A stretch of 64,000 bases of DNA from Yuukianura sp. NJ FZ-2021 (taxonomy: Eukaryota), in NCBI GenBank assembly GCA_046563655.1, contig CM102287.1, forward strand, positions 2,046,001 to 2,110,000, written 5' to 3'. Shown here piece by piece: positions 24,182 to 33,800 of this stretch (position 1 is its first letter; each line of letters opens with the position of its first letter). A model generated the notes under the pieces. That model was not told the origin of the DNA and did not search any database. It saw only the letters and a program-made list of their open reading frames with translations. Both the position numbers and the translations under genes were made by a program.

Positions 24182-25215
24182 TCCTGGATAGTGGGCGTGG
24201 GCTAGTGTGCCTCCACGTCCGTCACTGGCGTCATCATGAATTTCGTGTTCGAAAGTGATGGGGATGTCAGCACTCCCTTCTACGTAAGTAAAGGTGAAGT
24301 TGGAATAGCGTTGCCACTTCACAAACGCCAGACTGGCGTCAGCCAGTGCTTCTTCTCGGTCCATATCATATGGAGTAGGTCCAAGGGTCCAGGTAAGGTC
24401 CCTCTTGGTCCACCGGTGAGGGTTCACCGGACTTCGTCGAGTTCGTGTCGCCGGTGCCCACGGGCACATCATCGTTCCGGCGACCTCTGCAACGAGCGTC
24501 GTCCCGACGCAAAGTACAAGGAGCATCCGTAGAGTCATACCGTCCAGGTATCCTGTAACAGGGTTGAACCGCCAAGGTTCGGTAATTTGTTTCATTGCTT
24601 CGTTTGTAGCCTCGTTGTGTTTCGCTCCTCGGGGTATGCGACAGGTGTCGAAGAAAAACCTCTGTCCTACGTCATCGCCTCTCTCGAGTGGTCGCGACTC
24701 CACCCTCAAAGCGACTTCGATTACTTGCGCTAAATGGGCAGCTGTAGGGTCTGGGACCTCAATGTTCTACAGCCCGGTCAAGATTTACACCGTTGCCGAG
24801 GTGACGGCCCACCGTCCCTCAACCCGTTCCTTCACGGAATATTTCTAGACGTTCGGTTTCATCTACGCCAAGCGCGGAGAGCAGTGAATCTTCTATACAA
24901 GTCGTTAATACGCCAGCCAGCTACCCAACTGGCTGGGGAAGAAAGTAGCGTCGAAAAAGAAATGACAGTAGGAGTTTCCTCCCCCTCTCTCAATTGTGAG
25001 AACAATAAGTTAGTAAGTTACGTTATTGTCTTACGTTACTGACTACGTTATAGTTTCGCGCACACATTCATTCAATACGTTAAGTTACGTTAACAGCTGC
25101 ATTAAAGACTGCGGTATTGTAGTAACAATAGTCTCATTTGAATAAACAGCGCAAGAAAGAAAAGCAAACAGCCGCAGAGGCGGGAACCTCTTATTGTTTT
25201 AAAATAAATTGCCAT

Positions 25216-25231
25216 CTCGGCAAATGCACCA
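25216..25231 (-). promoter_or_regulatory. Primer-binding site, family 1 (tRNA-Gly-like)
   Basis: TGGTGCATTTGCCGAG lies 2 nt inside the 5' LTR and resembles the complement of the tRNA-Gly(GCC) 3' end, TGGTGCATTGGCCGGG (recalled, not searched). Confidence 0.7.
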
Positions 25232-25233
25232 TT

Positions 25234-25857
25234 TGTTACACTGGAATTAGTGTAGTGCCGCTTCGGAAGGGCCCTCGGGGTCAGTCGATATTCTCCCAAG
25301 GGGTCAAGGGTCTTAAGGACCTCTTCCCGGCGATGAGTTCTGTCCTTGTGTGAAATAAATATTTGAATTTGTGTGTAAGCATACCTTATTTGTGCTGATT
25401 GCTGATTTATTTACGCTTAAGTGCTGGGGGTACTTATTCCTTGGTGACTTCTCCGACTCTTCTCTCTGACTTTCCTTTCTTACTTCTAAACCGTGACTGA
25501 ATGTTATTTATACAAAGGTGCTTAATTGCTTAATTAAGGTTGCTAGGTGGTCGTTAATTGGAAATTTGAACAACAACTTTTGCTTCCCTAACCGCATTAG
25601 CGGCGCTGGCTGTAGTTGTTCTAATTGGATAAATTTACAATTTTCTTCCACTTGGCCTTGTGGTCACTTGGCCTTGTGGTTTTTCCGCTCAGAAGGAATT
25701 AGCCTGGTGCTTGGTGTGCTTAGTGACTAAGTCTACTTGGCAACTAGATGTGCTTAGCAACTAGGTAGTGCACGTGCGACCTTGGTCCAGTGTTTTGTGG
25801 AAGTGAAAGTACAAGTGCAGGTAGTGAAAGTATTGTTGTGCAAGTGCAGGTGCAACA
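25234..25857 (-). repeat. 5' LTR, family 1 (624 bp)
   Basis: Direct repeat of 11836-12457 and adjacent to the PBS. Minus-strand TATAAATA at ~25505-25512 and AATAAA at ~25406-25411. Confidence 0.97.
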
Positions 25858-26186
25858 TTAGCGTAAATGTATCAGTTGTATTTTAAGGAAAGGTGCGTAT
25901 ATTAATAGTTTACTAGGATTATTGTTTTTCAACTTTTAAATTATATAGTCTTACTCTTATTTTATTTATAATTTTTGTAATTATTTTTGGGCGGAGCATT
26001 GACTTGCGGCGCAATCTCTAATCTTCGTCTCTTTTTGGAAAAAACACCTGTCACAAAAGAACTTCCCTCCTTTAGCAGGAAAGGAATGGAGAAATGAGTA
26101 GCTTTTTTTGTCTCTTTGTTCCTTATGGGAAAAAAGCACATGACAGATTGCAGGTGTTTTTGCGGTTTCTTTTTTGATCTGAACAG

Positions 26187-28247
26187 TACAAGGATCCGAG
26201 TTTTATCCATTGGAAAGAAAGGAATTCCAAAACGACATTTCACTCCTTTGTGCGTTCTTTTGTAGCAAGTATGAGTATGGCGATGCGTTTGGAGCGACAG
26301 TAGACCATTAATGGGATCCTCAGGAGTGTAGTTTGTACTGCATGTAATCATGCTGTCAATAAAATTCGTCACGTCATCGTGATAAGCCTTCTCCGAGTTG
26401 AAGGTTGGTGCGTCGGAGAGCCAGAACATGGCATGGACATGAGGACTTCCCCGGTGCTGGAACTCTACTCTCTCATAAAAGTGGCGAATTTCGTGACAAC
26501 CAAAAGGACCATTTCGGGAGCGGTAAGTTGCCTTCCGCGCGGAGTAACGGTTGTCAAAATAACGTGCACAAGTGATCGGGTCGCGTTGAATGAGAAGCGC
26601 CTTTTCAGAATGCGGTAACTGCTCGGCTTCCTCTTCAGAGGTTTCAACGCCATCCAGAATTTTCTTCAGTAAAACAAGTAACTCGTTCCACTTCATCTCT
26701 GCCGCGCTGATTGTTACAAACAAAGTAGCGATCCCAAAGGTACGAATCATTGCCCGAACTTTGTTACCCTCGTTCTTCCAGTGTATTCCTGCGTTTCTAA
26801 TTCCCGCTAGAACTCTATAAGCGTTATCGTCCCGGATGAGGCCATCGACGTAAGTCTGGTGCAAGACTTGGCCTGCTGTGGGAACAATGAGCTCTCCGTT
26901 AAGTCTTCGCTTCCTAAGGTGTATGTTTCTGTTGCTTGCTATTCGCGAGATTTCCAGGGTCTTCGCCATGAACAAAAGAAAATCCACGGATTCAGCCACA
27001 CGCCGGTCCTTATTCCTAGCAAATGACTTGAACATATCGGCTCTTGAGATTTTCTTCCCAGCAAAAATGGGGTTCATCTTGTGTCCGGCGAACAACTGAG
27101 GAAAAGCGAGAAATACAGAGTCTTCGTCCAGAAGAACAGAAACAGGGCGATTTCCCTCCGCGAGGGGCATCCGAAGCCCGGCGCTATCGGTCAGCAGGGT
27201 TTCATTTGCGGTGGATTCTTCAAATTCTCCACCCGACTGTACTTCGCTCGAGATACTCAGAGGGTTTTCGAGCAAATTCTCCAGGCTAGAGTCCATTGAA
27301 GTCAATTCTCGATGAGAATCCACCAGCCAAGAATGGGAGACATTCACACCATGTTGAGAGTACAATGGAGATTTGCACAGAACTTCAGCAGCTAGAAAAA
27401 CTTTTTCTGGACGGATGTTTCCAGAAGTATAATTCTTCTCAACATGCATCTGACGGGCTAGCCGAAGATGCAGCACCGAATCGTCTGAAGGAAGACGTGG
27501 CAGGGATTGGACGATGTTGGTAACAGATACAGGCACGTTGATAATACGACCTTTGGTCTTGAGCTGACCTAAAGTTAAGAAATATTTGAATTACCTTTCT
27601 TGAAACTGATTCAATTAAAAACTAAATCCTTGAGGTCCTTGGACTGCCCATATCGCTTGAAAAACATGGTAAGGCGACACTAATCTGGCCTCCAACCGTG
27701 TCAAAGACGCGACTTCAGATGGTACGGCCGGAAACTGGAGTCCATTGGTTAAGCACAGTCGAGAGCTACGACCAGATTTCACAGCAGCGTGGCAAGTAAT
27801 GCAAAATTGTCCTACAAGTTGATTTGACGTGAAAATTGTGTTGAGAAAGTTGTCGTCAGATTTAGTACAGTCGGATCGCCGCAGCTGCTTGATAGATTTT
27901 TTAAACCAAAGTCCACCACAGGAGATGCATTCGTGTGATGGACCTTCTCTGCATTTTTCTTCGAAGACCTCGACGACACAATCCCAGGACTCATCATGAA
28001 TTTGACGCAGTTGACGATGAGCTGCAGTATCTCGTTCTCGTTCCAGTTGTCTGTAGTCGTCATTTTCACGTAGTTGACGATGAGCTGCAGAATCCCGTAC
28101 TTGCTCTCCACGGCGGATCCCTTCATCTAGCCGGGCAACTCCGTGAGAAATGATGTTTCTGCTTTGTTCTTCTTGTCTGCTAGATTCGACTGCCCTTACG
28201 AACTGCATTCGTCGTCTCGCTCTGGCTCGTCGGTGCGGATTTGACAT
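26187..28247 (-). pseudogene. Helentron Rep N-terminal part (zinc finger plus HUH Rep), two exons
   Basis: RDxAAHRQLR repeats, CISC...CITC zinc finger, intron at ~27570-27625, LFVTISAAE motif I and VEFQHRGSPHVHAMFW HUH motif. Confidence 0.93.
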
Positions 28248-29069
28248 AATTCTATCTGAAATAAAGAAATATCACGTAATTGGGTATTCCTTGATAGTGA
28301 CAAATAAAATTAGAAACCACATTCTTACCCGACGGAAATGTATAAATTTGAATCTAAGATTGAGGTTACGTACTACTTAAATTATAACTGAGAATTGTGA
28401 ATTAAACTGTAAACTAGACACTTGAATGATACAGGCAAAGAACTAATGTCAGTTGATCTTAATTGTGTAAAGTTTATAAGTTTAAGATGAGACCGTATTG
28501 GAACAAAATTCAAAAAAACTCGTTTTGCCAATTACACTTTGTAGCCAAAAATGTTTCAATACAATCCACAACTATTAAACAACCCCCACATAATGTATTG
28601 TCAAAGTTGCCATGGCAATATACTATTATCACTTCTGCACTAAATTGATGTTGTTAATTTGTTGTGCACCAAATGCACAAAATTGAACGCTGAGGCAGCC
28701 GCATATTTTGACGTTGTTAATGTAAGACTTTGAGTGCAATGTAGACCTACTAAAAACACTTGAGCCAAACATAACCCCCAGACTGCGATGGGGCTTATGT
28801 TTCAGTGGAAAGGGTCCTAAAAAAGGTGACAGACAGACGGACGGACGGACAAAGTCGTATCAATAGTCTTCTTCAGCATGTCGTAGACATGCGTCTCCAG
28901 AAGACTAAAATTGAATTCATGCAAGATTAAATGCACAAAATTGAACCCTGAGGAGAATGGGTGGAATACTCCTTCTTTCAAATCCAAATCGGTTCATGAA
29001 AATGCACAGTGTTTTACATTTAGTGCATAACTTATTGAGTCGAAAATCGCTTGTTTACAATCAAATATA

Positions 29070-30513
29070 CAGGGTGTGGCAGCCAAAAGTAGACACCCTA
29101 AATTCGTTGTTATGGGTAACCGACGAAAAAGTCGTAAATAATGGGGGAAGAATTTATCCCAAAAATTGTCAAAAGGCAAAAAACAAAAATTCAAATCCGT
29201 TTTGAGTTATCGGTTTCTTTTTCGTCTTCCAATTTCTTTCTGCAAATCAAAACTGCCGCAATTATTCGCCATTCAAAGAGCAGAATTGTCTGCCATGTAC
29301 TTTCAGCAAGGCAGCTACATAAAATCCAGAGATTATTTTCCGGTACTTTATCCGCATCGGCGAATTCCGGCGATTCGGACATTTGAAATGGTAGTGAAAA
29401 AACAAGTCCAGTTGGGAAATTTGAATAACCGTGTGCGGAATTGCTCGAAGCCTGCAACAAACAATGGAAATGCTGGCAGTGTTTTAGCCTTTGTAAATAT
29501 GAACCATACTCGTCACTGAGGGAAATGAGCGGTCATGCTGTATCCGACGAATTATTAGGAAAGAAAATTTTCACCCTTACAAGATGAAATTTCTACATAC
29601 TTTACAAAATGGAAATCATAAGAAACAGGATTGATTTCTGTGAGGAAATGCTGAATATGTGTGACCGGGATCCTACTTTGACTTTCGAAATCTGTTTCAC
29701 AGATGAGGCCACATTTTTTCTCAACGGCAAGATGAACCATCATAACTTCCGGTGCGTTTTCTAAAAGTAGGGTTAACTTCCGATTGCGTAAACTGTTTTA
29801 AAATTGAATTTTATGCAGGTATTGGGCAAACGAAAATCCTCACTGGATGAGTGATTGCAAATCACATAGTTCACCCAAGCTTAATGTTTGGGCTGGAGTG
29901 CTGGGGGATCAACTTGTGGGTCCTTTCTTTTTTGATGGGAACATAAATGGGGAAAGCTATCTTACAATGCTTCAAGACGAAATCGGACCTGAACTCGAAC
30001 GGATTGCCGGAGCAAATGAGATTTGGTACCAGCAGGACGGAGCGCCTGCGCATTGGACCAAAGTTGTTCGTGACTACCTTCACGATACTTTTCCTGAAAA
30101 ATGGATTGGAAGGGATGGACCAATTCCATGGCCTGCTCGGTCCCCTGACCTTGCCCCACTTGATTTTTGCTTCTGGGGGATCATCAAACATCGTGTATTT
30201 CTGGAAAGGTGTGAAACTCTCGCGGAGCTTCGTCAAAGAATCGTAGACGCATTTGCAACGATAACGCCAGAAACTTTTCAGAACGCCCGGGACGCCTTCT
30301 ACAACCGTCTAGGATACTGCTTGGTAGCGGAAGGAGGCCATTTCGAGCACCAAATCTAATTTAGTCTCAGTTACAATAATGTACTTGCATCTTATCAGTA
30401 CATGTTTCACAGATTCTCAATTTATTGCGCTTCGGTGCAAGTTTCCCCCCAGAATTACGAAAATAAACAAAATATTTATAATTTAGGTGTCTACTTTTGG
30501 CTGCCACACCCTG
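29070..30513 (+). mobile_element. Tc1/mariner transposon, DD41D (rosa/VS) family
   Basis: 28-bp perfect TIR CAGGGTGTGGCAGCCAAAAGTAGACACC with a TA TSD on both sides. Confidence 0.95.
29253..30359 (+). pseudogene. DD41D transposase, one intron, frameshifted N-terminus
   Basis: ICFTDEATF...NFR|YWANENPHW across GT-AG intron 29752-29818. QQDGAPAH to SPDLAPLD has 41 residues between the second and third Asp. The HTH-like N-terminal segment is out of frame. Confidence 0.9.
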
Positions 30514-30845
30514 TATAACAATTTCTTGCAAAGGCAAATTTTAACCCTGCCAAGCACTGTTTCCATATTATGAGTTTAAGCCAGATTTTCTACCCTCTAG
30601 TTAAGTCTTAATTTAACAACGTAATTAAACATACTGCCAGAAAATGACCGGATCAAAACTTCGTTGTTTAAATATATTTTGAGTGTAATCGAAACCAAAA
30701 TGTTTCCGGGAAACGACTGCACTTAGGGTGCATAAAGTGGCCGCCCATTTCCACGTTGTTAATATAACACTTTGAGTGCAATGTAGACTTAATGAGGCAT
30801 ACATAACCCCCCGGACAAAATGGAGCTTATGTTTTAGCGCAAAGG

Positions 30846-33800
30846 TTTCAAATTCTCATCTTTGGTCTTCCATTTGTTCCTCTGTTGGAGTGAATTGATG
30901 TATTCTGCGCTCCAGCGCTTCCAAAAATGTTGAGTCATCTGCTGGACTCTCTGCCAACGGGAAAGTCGGTTCTCCTTGATTTCTCGTAGATCCAGTTCTG
31001 GAATTGACATCAGAGGCTTGCCAATCAGAAAGTGACCTGGAGTTAGTGCCTCGTAGTCTCCTGGATCCTGGCTCTTAGCACAAATCGGACGTGAATTGAG
31101 AACAGCTTCCACTGTAGTCAGCAGTGTGTAGTACTCCTCCAGGGTCAATGTAGTTGTTCCCACGACCCTCTTGATGTGGTATTTGGCAGACTTCACGCCT
31201 GCTTCCCAGATTCCTCCCATGTGGGGTGCATCAGGTGGATTCAGATGCCACTGAATTCCCTGAAACGACAAAAAATCAAATACTTTAGAATTTGAAATAA
31301 TTGAGTGCCACTCCTTTAACTCATTAGCAGCACCAACAAAATTAGACCCACAATCAGAATAAATATTAGTACTCAGGCCCCTCCTGGAAATGAATCTTTT
31401 TAGTGTGGCTATAAAAGCCTCCGTAGTAAGATCAGTCACCGGCTCGAGGTGAACTGCTTTAGTGGTGAAACATACGAAGATGCAAAAATAGGCATTGAAT
31501 TGTCGTTTCCCACGGCCGTATTTTTCTTGGAGCTTAGTCGGTCCAGCATAGTCAACTCCACAGTGATTAAATGGTGACGAAGGAGTGACTCTGGCCTTGG
31601 GCAGGCTACCCATGAGTTGTTCTGTGATCTTAGCCTTCATTCTCTTGCAACGAAGGCAGCTCCGAATCATGTTCCGAATGGCCACTCGGGCTCGAATGAT
31701 CCAACATCTTCTCGACAGATTGGACCAGAGCAGCTGATAATTTGCATGATGAAACTTACGGTGGTAGTCCATAATGATTAGTTGTGTCAAATAATGATGT
31801 CCACTGATGATAATCTGGTGTTTCTGCTCATCTGGAGCTTCCGAATTCTGGAGTCTGCCTCCGACTCTCAGTACACCTTCTTGATCTAAAAACGGATTTA
31901 CTGAACTTATGGAACTACTCTTACCAATTGGTTTACCCTTCTGTAGTAATGTGATCTCTTCCCAAAAGTCATCCCATTGGGCGGATCTGACACAAACCAT
32001 GAATGCAGAGTGAGTTTCTGCTACCGTTAAGTCTCCAGTGTGACTTTGGCCTAACTTCTTGTTCCTGCAATTGAAAATAAATCTTGTGGCATAAGCCACT
32101 GCACGGTTAAGCCTCATGAGGATTGAAAACCTCAACATGAAATTTAGATCCACAATTGACAAACCAACTTTTACCTTTCGTAATTCTAGGTCAGGAGGCT
32201 CACTCACCTTGCCCCCTGGCTCAAAATTAGGTAGAATTACGTCACTTAACAATAGTGGTCACTTCCACCAAAATGACGAACTGGCTAAATCATCTGCACA
32301 GATTCCTCTAGTGCCAAGATCAGCTGGATTCTCAATTCCTGGTACGAAGTTCCAGGATTCCATTGGTAATACTTCTTGTATTTCAGCAACTCGGTTCGCA
32401 ACGAATGTCACGAAACGACGAGATGAATTCCGAATCCATTTCAGAACAGTTTCACTGTCTGACCAAGCTGAAATAGAACATTTTAAGTTAAGTGATTCCA
32501 TTACTTTTGGTATCAACCTTGACAGCAGAAGTGCCCCACACAGTTCCAACCTGGGGAGACTGACTTGCTTGGCAGGAGCCACTTTTGTTTTCGCTGCTGC
32601 TAAGTTCGTAGAAATTGATCCGTCTGGGAAAGTACATCTGATGTATACAGCAGCACAGTAGGCATGTTCAGACGAATCCGAAAAACCATGTACTTCTACT
32701 TGGCTGGCCCCACCTAATCCTAAGAATCTGGGGATTTTAATTAGTTTAATCTTACTTAACCCGTCGATGTACTCTCTCCACGGCTGTTGTAATTGAGTTG
32801 GGATTTCATCGTCCCATTTGAGCTTCTGACCCCTGTGATCATGCTCCCATAATTCCTGAAAATAAATCTTAATTGTCACAGTTAGAGGACTTAAAAACCC
32901 TAGAGGATCAAAAACACGAGAAATGTTAGACAAAATGATTCTTTTGGTTAAAATCCCAATTGGCTGAGATGAGAATCCACGGAAGTGGAATTCATCGACA
33001 TTCAAATCCCAGCATACTCCTAAGACCCTGTCCATGTCAAGGTCACTGAATTGATCATTTTTGCCTCTTCTGTCCTCAGGAACATCTTTAAGTGCCTCTT
33101 TCGAATTTGAGTCGAATTTTGATATTTCCAAGCATCCAAGGCTCAGAATACTGGTCAATTCAGTTATCAACTGACTGGCCTCCGTTGATGTATCTAGTGC
33201 TGTCAGTAAATCATCAACATAAAAATCGTTTTTAATTACCTCTGCTGCACGTGGGAATTTACGTCCCTCATCTTCAGCAAGTTGATTTAAGCATCTGACA
33301 GCATGAAAAGGTGCTGAACTTGTGCCATAGGTGACTGTAGTCAATCGGAATTCTTGAATTTCATCTTTCGGACTGTCTCTCCAGAGAATCCGTTGTTTGT
33401 CTTGGTCCAATGGGTGAACCAGAAACTGACGGTACATTTTGACTATGTCCGCCTTCAGAGCAAAGGCTTTTGACCTGAAATTGAGCAAATGGGAAAATAT
33501 GTCCTTTTGTACGGTCGGACCGACCATGTAAAATGCCTAGGTCCTCCTCGGTCAAAGGTCACTTTTCGTTTTCTCGGTACCTATCGTTTGACTTTACTAA
33601 CTTGAAAAAGCTATCAGAATGGCCCTAATCAAGTCAGTGGTATTGAATATGTTCAAGTTCAACCAATTTATTTAACCAATTAAAAACCAGTAATAATTAT
33701 CAGGGAAAAAACCAACAACTTACTTCCCCCTCTTCTTCACAACTATTAAAAATACAAAAAAAGTAACGGTTCAAAAAATGCCAACTTTGAATGAACCGCC

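Larger units (their letters stand above)
21444..24538 (-). pseudogene. Membrane-type matrix metalloproteinase (M10A matrixin-like), 524 aa after removing the MITE insertion
   Basis: 24538-24182 joined to 22661-21444 is in frame. Signal peptide, RTRR furin site, RWTKRDLTW, ADIPITF...DGRGGTLAHAHYPG|SVMGGQIHLDANETW, HEIGHALALPH (22568-22536), Met-turn SVMTAWY, probable hemopexin-like region, TM FMRGFIVGLLAGMGAIAISFFC and cytoplasmic tail. Confidence 0.93.
11836..25857 (-). mobile_element. Gypsy/Metaviridae provirus, family 1, five genes (MMP-gag-pol-env-exonuclease-like)
   Basis: TG...CA LTRs at 11836-12457 and 25234-25857, 4-bp TSD TTAG (11832-11835 and 25858-25861), PBS, purine-rich tract next to the 3' LTR, and PR-RT-RH-IN domain order. 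Confidence 0.97.
11170..26186. mobile_element. Non-autonomous long-TIR DNA transposon (~1 kb without the nested provirus)
   Basis: Imperfect ~230-240 bp TIRs starting CTGTTCAGATCAAAAAAGAAACCGC (11170-~11410 versus ~25950-26186). TSD is TA, or equivalently GTAC with ends 1 bp shorter. Removal restores the Rep reading frame. Confidence 0.9.
4261..28910 (-). mobile_element. Helentron (endonuclease-encoding Helitron), autonomous-type but degenerate
   Basis: 5' end on the minus strand: TTTT, subTIR GTCTTCTGGAG (28895-28905), a stem-loop, then a GTCC/GTCT microsatellite. 3' end: inverted subTIR (4299-4309), perfect hairpin CAATGCTCAA-GGG-TTGAGCATTG (4276-4298), then a T-run. Rep, helicase and APE coding segments lie between. 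Confidence 0.88.
28911..30846 (-). mobile_element. Fragment of a related Helentron non-coding end, hosting the DD41D element
   Basis: AAATGCACAAAATTGAAC (~28929) and ACTTTGAGTGCAATGTAGAC...ACATAACCCC...GCTTATGTTT (30769-30834) repeat motifs found at 28670-28810. Confidence 0.55.

Noticed and set aside
21444..24709. Host MMP gene with an intron, or two separate ORFs
   Set aside because: The interruption has TIRs and an 8-bp TSD rather than splice sites, and the gene is inside the provirus. The ORF-track starts at 24709 and 22688 are a non-ATG upstream extension and MITE-derived sequence respectively.
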